Source: the human T2T-CHM13v2.0 reference genome, Homo sapiens
Length of the DNA: 64,000 nucleotides
Strand: one strand, 5' to 3'
NCBI RefSeq assembly: GCF_009914755.1
Contig: NC_060925.1
The translations under genes and the position numbers were made by a program. The first letter of the stretch is position 1. Every line of letters starts with the position of its first letter. This document shows, in pieces, positions 27,532 through 39,075 of the stretch. The notes beneath the pieces are model-generated. The model saw only the letters and a list, made by a program, of their open reading frames with translations. It was not told the DNA's origin and ran no database searches.

Positions 27532-27965
27532 CTCTCAGTCACGAGCCACCTCCAGAAACCAATGGGAGCTGACTTCTCAGTCATGAGCCACCCGGGAGTG
27601 AATAGGAGCTGACTTCTCAGTCATGACCACATCTGGAAACCAATGGGAGTTTACTTTTCAGTCATGTGCCACCTGGGAACCAATGAGAGCTGTCTTCTCA
27701 GCCACATGCCTTGTCTGGGGCCCATCTGGAGATGACTTTTCAGCCACATGCCACCTCTGGGAGCCACTGGGAGCCAATGGGAGCTAACTTCTCAGTCACT
27801 TGCCACCTGGGAGCCAATGGGAACTATCTTCTCAATCATTTGCCACCTGTGGGGAACATTGGGAGGTGTCTTTTCAGTGATGTGCCACCTCTGGGAGCCA
27901 ATGATAACTGACTTCTCAGTGACATGTCCCCTCTGGGAACCAATGGGAACTGTCCCTCCTGTCAC
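27532..27965. repeat. Minisatellite, ~40-bp unit, ~11 copies, CCAAT-containing
   Basis: Consensus approximately GAGCTGACTTCTCAGTCATGTGCCACCTGGGAACCAATGG. Confidence 0.9.
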
Positions 27966-30900
27966 AGGCCCTGCCCCTCCTCAAGAGTGACCCTCCCGCG
28001 ATCAGGACGATGAGAACGGCTTGCTCTCTGGCCCTTTCCATGGCCTGTGCGTCTCTGTGCTGTGTGAGGACCCCCGTCAGGGAACTGGCTGCTGCTGCCG
28101 CTGCTTCTCCCCAGGAAGCACTCCCCGAACGCTGTCCTGCGTGGCCACCACGTGCTCCTCCCTGCTGCAGCCCTGCCCTCCCGCCGGGCCTGCATGTCCA
28201 GGACCGCCCACGAGATGCTCGCTGCCCTCCCGCAAGGCTGGGAGTCGACACAGTGGGCACGGAGGGGTATGGGGTGGGTCGGATCAGAGAACTCAGGAGG
28301 TAGCTCTGCCCCCATGCCTTCCTCTGACCTTAGGCGAGCACCTCTCCTCTCTCCGCTCGGCCTCTACACCTTTAAAACAGGAGCGAAGTGTTCGATCGAG
28401 GCCCCTGGAGACCCAGTGCAACACGGCAGTAGGTCTCCTAGCAAGACGCCAGCCTCGTGCTGGGGAGAAGACGGAGGGAGCTGGAGCCCAGCTGCCCTCT
28501 GCCCACTACTTCCCCTCAGCCGTTGCCCAGAAGGGCTTTGTCTCACTGCTCCCGAGACCCTGTGCCATATTTTCCCACAGCCACTCCCAGACTCACACCC
28601 AAAGAAATGGCTGTGGTGCACCCTGGGGCTTGAACAACACTCAGAAGATTCAAAAACTCAGCACAGACACAAATCTCATACAGAAAACCAGATAGGCCAA
28701 GTCTTGGAGCCGATGTGGCTGTAAGCCAAAGTGCAGCAGAGTGTAAAACGCTGCCTCTCTCCAGTGGAGAGGGTCTCTCTGGGAGGAAAGAAATGAGGAT
28801 CTCGAGGCATGAGCTCAGAGTGCATCCCTGAGGACCAAATTCCCACTCCCACACTGGCTGGGGCTCACCTCAACCTGTCCCCTCACAGCCTTGCAATCTG
28901 TAGCTTCAGAGTCGCTGCTGTGCACCAGCTTGGAGGTGCCCACAGGAAGGCAAGGCCCACCCCTGCCCTTGGGCCTGGAGACCAGCAGGGGAAACAGGCA
29001 GGAAGACAGGTGGTTTATAGAATGCCACGAGGGCTCTTCCAGTACAAAGGAGGGCATCTAAGCCAGTCCCGGGGGGCTGGAGGTGTGTTGTCTAAACTAA
29101 GCCCCAAAGGCTGAGTCCAGGGCACTTCAGGAGGGGGAATAGGGTCTAGAATGAGGCCTAGGTCCTGCATTTGGGGGGTGGGCCTGCTCAGTGAAGGGGC
29201 AGCAGTTCAGGGCATCTGGAGCCCCAAGTGAGGGTTGGCAGGCGGGGAGGAGGATGACTTCTGGGGCACTGCTCTGGGCCAGGAACTGGGCACTTATATC
29301 CAAGCCTTGTCTAGTAATGATCGAGGTGACTTGATTTGAATTATTTTCTGTGTGATGGAGCTGTCTTTATGGAGTGTCTGGAAGCCCATTCCGCCTCTGC
29401 AATTCAATTAGCAGAACTGGAACAACAGAACCTGCCTCCCTCCCGCCCATCTCTGCTCTCGGGATGCTCAAACCAGATCATATATGAAAAGATGCTGAAA
29501 AATGGCCCGATGCAAGGGTGAAGGAGGGAGGTCTGCATGCCACTTCCACCCAGGTGCCTGGCCAGGATGCTCCTGGTCCCCCTTGGCCTCCCCTGAGCTG
29601 TCCTCTCCCCCATTACTTTATGATAACTTGTCATGCTCCTTCTCCAACCATCTGGAATGTACAACAAGAGCATCAGAAACCACACCTACCCTGAATGCTG
29701 GTGTTGATTCCTCATGCCCTTTTCCTTCTCCTTCTTTAAATCGAGATCCCTTGGAATAAGCTCGTTCCTTCTTGGCACCAGTTAGGCCCATTTTCCTACT
29801 AGTTGGGCTGTGGCCATTTGATCTATATAAGTAAATCCAATTTAGCTGATTCATCTCTCCTGTTTAATTTCTGTGTTAACATAACAAGGTTATACAACCG
29901 AACATGAGAGGCCAGGGAACAGAATTTATAATCTATAAGTGACAGTTATGGTTTTAAAAAAAAAATTCCTGAAGGAAACTGGCTGAAAAGGCAAGATTTC
30001 AGACAAAGATTTTGTCTTATAAGCTAGAAAGCTTCCTGCTTGATTTAGATATAAAATCAAAACTATTGGCATTTAACAACCTCTGTTTAAAAGTCAGGAT
30101 TGACTTACAAATAAGACCCTGGCATGGTCAAAAGGATTTCGCAGAATAAATATATCATCTAGCTTTATTGATTGGGGAAGGAGAGGAACACGGTAGAAGC
30201 TGGGGCGACAGAGATTTCTGTGCTAGTGGATTTTCCCGAATTGGCTGTCTCGTTCTTGTGATTCTACAGAATGAAGCCTGTCGGTTGCCCACTCATTCCT
30301 TGATGCTTTAGGGCAGGGCCATTTGTGGGGTTTCTCAGCATCCTTTGGTTCGTTCAGAAGGCTCTGGCTCATTTACATTCTGGGTCTCCCTTAACACCAA
30401 AAGAGGAAAACACACTCTTTTCCTGGGTGGGCCTGATCCTTGGGTTCTGGGGAGTTGCCTGCTGATGTGGAAGTGGCTCAAGTCTTCCCTCAAGACCTTT
30501 GAAGGTCTTCTACACTTAAGTGGCATCAACAGCAGATCCTGGATTTGCACCTGTATTGGGCAGTGAATGACGTGGTCTTAGACACTTTACGCCTCCTTGG
30601 GACCTTGGTTTTCCCAATGGGAAAACAACCCTAAACTAACTTCTGCTCCTCCATAATTTCTTTCATAATTTCTCTGTGATGGAACAAAGCTAAACGAAGC
30701 CTGGAAGTCACACAGACATGTTAGGCTCTGAGGTGAGGCCAAGCTGAACTGATTCCCTTAGGATTCAGCTGTTTTTAGACCAGGGCAGGAGGGCAAACCT
30801 GGTCTTTACTTGGGAGTTTGATCAGGAGCTCCACACCCCAAGAACAGAGGAGGAGGACTTGCCTCCCCTCTCCCTTGAGGAAACCACTTTGCAGAGCCCC

Positions 30901-31409
30901 CTGAGAAGAACCAGACTGAAGAAGGCTGGTATTTAAACGTTCTGGAGTGGGAGAGAGGGGTTGTTATGGCAACAAATTGCTCTGAATCTCTGAAGAGGCT
31001 CAGCCCTGGTGAAACGAGGGAGGTGCAGGAGATGCAGAGGATAACGTTTCAGAAAAAGCTCTACCCAGACAGGCATCACACATTTGCATTTGGCTGGAAT
31101 GTCTGACGGCTGAGAGGGAGGAAGGGGAGTGTTTACAGATTGCCTTTAGGGTGCCAGTGGAGATCTTGGCCTCCCAGACTCACAAGCAAACCTGGTCCTG
31201 CCCTGCCCTGTGCTGGCCTTAGGGTGGGGCTGTGGGGAAGGTGTAGAGCGTTGTCGCCCAAATCCCCTGGTGGTGGGCTCCATCCTCCACCCAGTTCCAC
31301 ATCCCTGAAACTTCTCAGCTGATGCTGCCTAAGGAAAAAAAAAAAAAAGAGGTGTAACCATCCTCCCTCCCTCATAGAGTTAACAAGAACACTATAGGAA
31401 TCAAAGCCT

Positions 31410-31583
31410 TCGCATTTTTAATGGGTACAGGGTTTTCTTTTGGGGTGATACAAATGCTTTGGAACTTGAGAGAGGTGATGGTTGCACACCATTGTGAATG
31501 TACTAGATGCTGCTGATTTGTGCTCTTGAATACGGTTCTTTTTATGAAATGTGATTTCACTTCAAAATAAAAGTTAAATAAAA
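31410..31583 (+). mobile_element. L1MB/MC 3' terminal fragment
   Basis: AATGGGTACAGGGTTTTCTTTTGGGGTGAT..GTGATGGTTGCACA..TTGTGAATGTACTA. Confidence 0.8.
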
Positions 31584-32499
31584 GTCCCTGCAGCTGTATG
31601 CCCACTCTGGGCTGCTGCCGAACCCTACTCTCTTGACCTTTCCACCCTCGAGGCCTCTCCTATGTGGCCTATCTTCCTCCCTCCCTCAGGCTGCGCATCC
31701 AATCCCATTCTTCAAGACCACTGAGAATCCTAGTCTCTGAATCTTAAATGGCACCTCCAGAGTGCCTGTCACTGGGCTTTATCAGAGTGACTCCTGAATC
31801 CTCAGCACCACCCCACAATGTGCCATCCCCATCCCTGCCTTAGCGGGCACTCAGAGGTGAAGTGATGGCCAAGTGCCTACATCTGGGTGGTGGGTGGCAC
31901 TCAAGCCGGGACGCTTCTCACCAGGATCCACTCACTGCATCCCCCACACCGCACCACATGGCCGTGGTCCCACCACAAGCTCCCATGGCCACTGGGACTC
32001 AAAGCAAACTGGCCAAATGTAGCCATTCCCTGAAATCCCACCAATGAGCGGCGGGTCATCCACGTGACCCATGGTCCCCAGCTGACTGCACCACATGCTT
32101 CGCGTGAAGACTTTTGCCTCCCAGCTTAGCCTGACCTTGGCTTTGGCCGTGCCTGGGCAGAGGGTGCAGGAGGAAGAGCCAGGCCCGGTCATGAGAGTGA
32201 TGCAGATGGTCCATTGCCACCTGGACCGTCAGGAGTGAAGGTCTGAAGGGGCTTGGCAGGTCCCAGAGAGGGGAGACAGAAAGGAAGCAGTGAAGAAACA
32301 GGAAAGATGTGCGGAGAGGAGGGGGAGTGGAAAACAAAGGGAGGAAGAGGCGGTGGCTGCAGTGCAGGAAGCTGCAGGTCCCATGGGACAGCTCCGCGTG
32401 CCCTGTGCGTTCACCTGGGAGGCTCCTGGAAGGCCGTCTGGTCAGTGCCTCCAAGTCACATTGTTCTCATCTGTGTTATAACCGCCCAAGTCAATATCC

Positions 32500-33540
32500 A
32501 CAGACTTCACAACGACCATCTACGGAGGCCCTGGCCTGTTGTCCTAGGCTCTGGGACTGGAAAGGAAGCAAGATGGACCCAGCCCTGCCCTCGTGGTGCC
32601 AGCTCTTTGGTGAACATGAGGCTGCATGAGCTCCTGGAGCTGCTGTAACAGATTAATATGAGCTGGGTGGCTTCGAACAAGACACTCACTGTCTCACAGC
32701 ACTAGAGGCCGGAGGTCTAAAACCAAGGTGTCTGCAGGGCCACGTTCCCTCTGGAAGCGCGGGAGGAGGATCCTTCCTGCCTCTTCCAGCTCCTGCTGGC
32801 TCCAGGTGCTCCTTGGATGTGGCCACATTGCTGCAGTCACTATCTCCTTCTTCACACAGCCTCCTCCCTGTGTCCCTGTGTCCGTGTGTCTGTGCCTTTG
32901 CAGGATGTTCTACTCTCTGTGTGTCTGTGTCCAGATTTCCCTGTTTTTGTAAGGACACAAGTCACTGGATTTGGGCCCACCCTAAAGACCCTGCTTCCTG
33001 ATAAGGTCACAATCGCAGGTTCTAGGGGTTAGGACTTGAAGATATCTTTTGTGGGGACCGCACCTCAACCCGCAACATAGACTTTAATCTAAGAATTTTT
33101 AATAATAATAATAATAACAAGTTTGAACCTGAGAGAAGTGAGGTGAGGGCAAGGCTATTGGAAGGCTAACTGTCTGAATGAAGGATTCAAACAGAGGCCT
33201 GACCCCAACAGAGGAGTCTGAGAGTTTCCCCAGTGGAAGGGATATTTGAGTCGTGACCTGAAGGACCAGCAGGAGTTGGCCGTATGGAGGAGGGCGGGCG
33301 GCACAGGATGAACTTCCTAAGCAGTGAGAAGGGCGCATACAAAGGTCCCGTGGCAAGAGGAAGCAATGTGGCACAGCTAGGAAGTTCCAGAGGAAGGAGT
33401 GAGGTCACAAGAGGTATCAGTGAGGCCAGAGGCTGTGGACAGAGGTCAGGTCTGGCCAAGCAGGGCTGGGGTTGGGCACTAGTTTTAAGAAAAATAAGAA
33501 ACCATGTGTGTCATTGGCTTGGCGGCCTTCATAGAGGCCA
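32500..33540 (-). mobile_element. L2 fragment interrupted by MLT1
   Basis: GTCCTAGGCTCTGGG..CCCTGCCCTCGTGG before the LTR; TGACCTGAAGGA..GCATACAAAGGTCCCGTGGCAAGA after it. Confidence 0.6.
32644..33077 (-). mobile_element. MLT1C-like MaLR LTR
   Basis: CTCACAGCACTAGAGGCCGGAGGTCTAAAACCAAGGTGTCTGCAGGGCC..GGGGTTAGGACTTGAA. Confidence 0.82.
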
Positions 33541-35533
33541 CATAACAGTGCTGTTGCTTTTCAGGTGACAGTTCTGGCAGGTAGATACCTGGAGGTGTCA
33601 GATCTCTGTGCTCCAAGAGGTACCTGGAAACCCATGCTCCTTCCAGCTTGCTGCCAGGCACTCTTGATGTGCGGTGTGGACCTGGTGGGCCTGCTGGAAG
33701 CTGGCCAAGTCTGCAGTCTAGCTGGCCGGAAGGGGAAGGAGGAAGCCAAGGGCCAGCAGTTTCCTTGGGAGGAAGGAGGGGAACCTGCTCACATACCTTC
33801 TCCTCATGTCCCGCCAGCTACGACCCAGCTGCCCTCTGCTGTAGAGGAGGCAGGGACTGTGGCCACATGCCCGGCTAGGACGAGGGGAGTCCTAAGGGAA
33901 AGGGGGGGCAGGAGAAGCCAGTGGCTGCACAGTCACTGAAGGTGTGAGGCAGGGGAAAATAGAGGGGAGTGGGGTGGGGGCAGAGAAGTAACCCCTGGAT
34001 CATTGGAAATGGTCACACTGATGGCCCTTTGGAGAGAAGGGTTTGGGGGTGAGGAATGGGCCCCGAAAGTATGCAGGGAGAGGGTTGAAGGGGCCATGGC
34101 AGTCGTGCAGGGAGGGAGATGCTAACTCAGCTCATCACAAGGACAGAAGTGGCAGCTCTGGGAGCCTTGGTGGGGAGCCCACATGACTCAGTGCATAAAC
34201 AGAGGAGGGTTGTCTAGGATGATGCTGGTCCTCTGGCTGGGGCTCCCTGGGAGGAGCCCAGGCCCCGTGAGGCGTCAAGGAAGGGCCCAGCCATGGAGCT
34301 GGTGGGGAAGCTCATGGAGTCTGAGTCTCCTCCCTCGGACCCAAGCTTCCGGAGCTCCCCTGTCCTGACAAATGCATCCTTGTCAGTGGGCTTAATTCAA
34401 GGGGGATGATGACTGGTAAGAGGTTAGCACCCAACATCTGGGCAACATGGCCCCTACTCTGGACTTGGGGTAAATATTTGGAGCTAATGCTCTCACTCTT
34501 TGGCTCATCCCTTGCTATCAAGCAATGTGAAATCGCTTGGTGTGCGGGAGTCCAGAGCACAACAGAGCCCATCCCAGCTGGGAGGCTCGCCTGCAAGTTC
34601 AAGTAAGGACTTGCTGCCCTCCAGCACAGGAGGCCAAGCTTGGATCATTGAGCCTCCCACGGCCACCAGGAGAATGGGATCAGGAGCAGCCAAGCTACCC
34701 CGAGACCTTTTCCTTTTATCTCCCTGCAAAGATCCATTCACTCTCATCGATCAAAAGAAACACAGCACCAAGTTAGAAAAGTCCAGTAACTGGAGTGTAG
34801 CAGGCTGCAAATGAATCCCTGTCCACTTCCCTTCTCAGGCGCCAGCAGCATAATTAGGTTATTCCCAGGAGATGAGACCATCTCTAAGCACCACGGGAGG
34901 GAGGCTACCTGGCACGGCTTGAGAAGCACCAGCTCCGTGTCATGAAGCAAACTCTGGGGTACACTTGACCCCTCAGCTCTGTTCTCCTAGGAGCTCAGTG
35001 AGAGGCAGAGGGTGGGTCTGTGTGGCTGTGGGTTTGAGGACCGTGGCTGCCTCTATCCCCTCTCAGGTCCAACTCCCCAGGGCACTACCTCTGAGAAAGC
35101 CAGAAGCCACCTATCAGCTGGAGCCTGGGCAATCAGGTGCCAGGGCAGGTAGTCATGACGCCCCATTGGTGGGGCTGAGCACTGAGGGCGGAGTGGAGGG
35201 CTGGGTGGCTGGAAGGCAGGGGGCTGCCAGGCAGGGAAGAGGCCGCTGAGCAGCTGTCAAAGCCACCCAACAAGTGCTTTCCTGGTTGGAGTGGGACGTG
35301 GAGTTCTGGCCCAGGATGAACATGACTGAGAGAATGTGAGAGCAGGGTCCTCGAGTCTATTGCAGACGATGACATCTGTGTCGAGAAGAGTAGATGGATG
35401 TGTGCTCTTCTTCTGAGACAGGTACCAAATGACACTGTAAGACCATGGCTTGGTGTATGGCCTCATGATAGTTTAAAAGCTAATGAGGGCACCCTTAGGA
35501 TGTGCTGTAAGTGACTTTGCTGCAGCAACTTTC

Positions 35534-35930
35534 TTTTTATTATTATTATTATACTTTACTTTCTAGGGTACATGTGCACAAATCAAATCAAAACCATCTC
35601 ACACCAGTTAGAATGGTGATCATTAAAATGTCAGGCAACAACAGATTCTGGAGAGGATGTGGAGAAATTGTGGTTTTGATTTGCATTTCTCTGATGACCA
35701 GATGATGAGCATTTTTTTCCTATGTCTGTTGGCTGCATAGATGTCTTCTTTTGAGAAGTGTCTGTTCATATCCTATGCCCACTTTTTGATGGGGTTGTTT
35801 GTTTTTTTCTTGTAAAGTTGTTTAAGTTCTTTGTAGATTCTGATATTAGCCCTTTGTCAGATGGATAGATTGCAAAAATTTTCTCCCATTCTGTAGGTTG
35901 CCTGTTCACTCTGATGTTAGTTTCTTTTGC
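35534..35930 (-). mobile_element. L1PA insertion, truncated, with an internally inverted segment
   Basis: Perfect 16-bp TSD TGCTGCAGCAACTTTC (35518-35533, 35931-35946). Minus-strand 3' end at 35534-35580, plus-strand ORF2 piece at 35581-35668, minus-strand ORF2 piece at 35667-35930. Confidence 0.92.
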
Positions 35931-36029
35931 TGCTGCAGCAACTTTCAAATCCTGAGTCTAGAAATCTACCAGCATCTCCATGCTTCTTTCTCCCAACCCC
36001 AATGTTTTTTACTTCTTTAATAGACTTCA

Positions 36030-36192
36030 ATTTTCTGAATGTGTTGATATGTTTCCTATCTATCTCCCATGCTAGAAAGTAAGTTCCATGGGGGCAGGGG
36101 ATTCTGTGGTCTTATTTGCTGCTGTGTTCCCAGATCACTGCCTGGCACATAGTAGCTGCACAATAAACATTTGTTGAGTGAATAAATGAATG
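36030..36192 (+). mobile_element. L2a 3' end
   Basis: GTAAGTTCCATGGGGGCAGGG..TGCCTGGCACATAGTAG..AATAAACATTTGTTGAGTGAATAAATGAATG. Confidence 0.85.
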
Positions 36193-36242
36193 TCGGATGG
36201 AGGAAGTAGCGTATCTCCTACACAGGCAGACTCTAAGTGTGA

Positions 36243-36433
36243 CAAGACTGCTGAGCTAAATACAAAGCACCCAGTTGTATTTGAATTTTAGGAAAATAGT
36301 GACGAATACATTAGCATAAGTATTTCCCAAATACTGCATGGGACATACTTATATTAAAAATTACTTTGTTGTTTATCTAAAAATGCAAATTTCACTGGCT
36401 TCCTGTATTTTTATTTGCCAAATCTGACAGCCC
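36243..36433. mobile_element. MER53 palindromic MITE
   Basis: Central AGCATAAGTATTTCCCAAATACTGCATGGGACATACTTATATT near-palindrome; end TGTATTTTTATTTGCCAAATCTGACAGCCC. Confidence 0.88.
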
Positions 36434-37245
36434 CAGCTTCTGTCATATCCCCTTGGAACTTCTTCTCTCCTGTCACCTCCTTTTTCTTCTGTGTCATCCT
36501 CTTTCTTTTTCAAATGTGTCAGTCACATGATCACTCAATCATTCTTTGGGTCATGGTCTTCCCTTGGTCTCACACTCCCTTCCAGGTCTCTCCCTTCTCT
36601 CTGCTTCTAATCACACACAGTCAGGCTTTTCTGCAGGGTGGTCCTTCTGGAACCTTCCATTTTCACATCCACTTCCCCAAGGGTCACTCTGGTCAAGGGA
36701 AAGCAGGACCCTCATGACCCAAGCCCCCAGTCCTGCCTGTGTCCTGACCTCACTCCGCAGCTCAGCCCCGTGAACTCTGTTTACTGCTTTCCCCCTCTGG
36801 CCTCCATGATGGCTCAGCCTCCACTGTCCTACCTCTCTGGGCACTTTTTCTTGGTCACCTTGCTGGTTTCTCTTCCACTCTGATCCTAAACATAGGAGGC
36901 CTTCACGGCTGGGGCCTGGGGCCTCTTTTCCCTATGCACACCCTTGCCTGAGGGCACTTTGTCTATTACCATTGTTGAAACATCCACAGGCTGACAGTTC
37001 CTGGATTGACACCTCCAGCTTCCATGTCCAGATGAATCCACTCAACCATCTACAGGACATCTCCCCTCGAAGGTCTTGCAGGCTTCTCAAACTCACCGGA
37101 TTCATAACTAAACTTTCAAAGCTTAAAAGACCTCAGTGTCCCCATCTCAGATAATGACACGAGGGTTCCCCAGATGCTCCAGTCAAAAGCTGAGTCATGC
37201 TTCACTGTACCTTTTCCTCATACCGTACATCCAATTTTTTTCACC

Positions 37246-37812
37246 TGTGTGCAGGAAGAAGAGCAGGTCTAGGTGCCCAAACCCTGCACATTGCAAAGAA
37301 AGCTCTGGCTCTCGACCTGCTTGTGGGAGATGCCCTCGGAAATCCTGGTAGGAGTGTCTTTGTTTACCTGAGGCATTGGACCACATGAATAGTCTTTGCA
37401 AATAATGCTACTGATGGTGGGGGCCTGGGCAGCATGGTATCAGTTTGACCTCTGGAGAGGCTGACACTGAGTGATTAAGGTCAGTCATGTGGATGCTCCC
37501 TGCTTCCATGACTGAACCCCAGCCAAAACCCCAGACTACATAGCTGGGCTGAGCTTCCTTGGTTGATGATATTCTATGTGGGTTGCCACATGTCATTGCT
37601 GGAAGAATGAAGCATTATCACCACAACTCCACCGTGAGGACAACTGGAAGCTCTGTGCCTTATCTCCCCTGGACTCACACCTTTGCTGATAATAGTCTGT
37701 ATCTGCTCACTGTCATAAACCATAGCCATTGACTATAACAGCTCTTCTGAGTTCTGTGAGTCCTTCTAGCAAATTGGTGAACCTGGGAGTGGTCTTGGGG
37801 AGCTCGACAACA
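37246..37812 (+). mobile_element. MER21C-like ERVL LTR
   Basis: GGTATCAGTTTGACCTC..GGACAACTGGAAGCT..TGAGTTCTGTGAGTCCTTCTAGCAAATT..GGTCTTGGGGA. Confidence 0.8.
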
Positions 37813-38114
37813 ATACTCAGGTCTGCCTGCATCCTTCTGCCCTATCAAGTCAGAGCTCATGAGCAGATGCCGCCTCTTGTCTTATCTGCATGTGAACTGT
37901 GGTGGCTTTCCGGTCTCTGTGGGGCGTGGACGGCTGCCTTCTTATACAACGATAGCAACAACCTTGCCATGACATTGCCCCACTTAAACCTTTCAGTGAC
38001 TCCCCATTGCCCCTGAGGTGGAAATCCAAGCCCACATGGACCTTGACCTCTGGGATTTATTTGGTGCCCCTCTTCCCCTCTCAGCATGACCCTGGCGCAG
38101 TTCTCCCTTTCCTG

Positions 38115-39075
38115 CCTGCATTACCTTCCTGTGGCTGCTATAATAAATTACCACACACTGGGTAGCTTAAAAATAGAAATGTATCATCTTGTAGCTCTGG
38201 AGATTGGAAGTTCAAAGTCAAGGTGTCTGCAGGGCCGCGTTTCCTCTAAAGGTGCTAGAGAAGGACCCTCTCTGCCTTGTCCAGCTCCCCTGGGGCTTCC
38301 CTGGGGCTCCTGATCCTCTTAGCTACAGGACTCATGTCAGGCTCTGTCATCCCACACCTCTCCTCTCCTCATAAAGACATAGGAGGAGTTAGGGCCCACC
38401 CTGTGACGGTGAATACTGAGTGTCAACTTGATTGGATTGAAGGATGCAAAGTATCGTTCCTGGGTGTGTGTGTAAGGGTGTTGCCAAAGGAGATTAACAT
38501 TTGAGTCAGTGGACTGGGAGAGGCTGAGCCATCCTCAATCTGGGTTGGCACCGTCTTATCAGCTGCCAGCGCAGCTAGAATAAAGCAGGCAGAAGAACAC
38601 GGGGGGACTAGACTTGCTGAGTCTTCTGGCCTCCATCTTTCTCCTGTGCTGGATTCTTCCTGCCCTTGAACATCAGATTTCAAGTTCTTCAGTGTTTGGA
38701 CTCTTGGACCCACACCAGTGCTTTGCCAGGGGCTATCAGGCCTTTGGCCACAGACTGAAGGCTGCACTGTCAACCTCCCTACTTTTGAGGTTTTTGGACT
38801 TGGGCTGGCTTCTTTGCCCCTCAGCTTGCAGATGGCCTATTGTGGAACTTCACCTTGTGACTGTGTGAGTCAATTCTCCTAGTAAACTCCCTTTCATATA
38901 TTCATCTATCCTATTAGTCCTGTCCCTCTAGAGAACCCTGACTAATGCACACCTTAATAAAAAATGTCATCATCCTGGCCAATTCCATCTGCAAAGACCC
39001 TATTCCAAGTAAGGTCATATTCTGAGGTTTCAAGTGGATGTGTGTTTTTTGGGGACACTGTTCAACCCCACCACA
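38115..39075 (-). mobile_element. MLT1 LTR interrupted by MLT2A
   Basis: GTGGCTGCTATAATAAATTACCACACACTGGG..AGGGCCCACC, then CATCTGCAAAGACCCTATTCCAAGTAAGGTCATATTCTGAGG. Confidence 0.8.
38402..38949 (+). mobile_element. MLT2A (HERV-L) solo LTR, full length
   Basis: TGTGACGGTGAATACTGAGTGTCAACTTGATTGGATTGAAGGATGCAAAGTA...CTCTAGAGAACCCTGACTAATGCA; TSD CACCC/CACCT. Confidence 0.92.

Noticed and set aside
26900-28460. Possible CpG island promoter of a coding gene
   Set aside because: CpG enrichment is patchy and modest and no first exon can be identified; kept only as context for the CCAAT array.
28021-28724. Overlapping 190-224-aa ORFs in the CpG-rich flank
   Set aside because: Open in several frames and on both strands because of GC content; no recognisable domain or supported splice structure.
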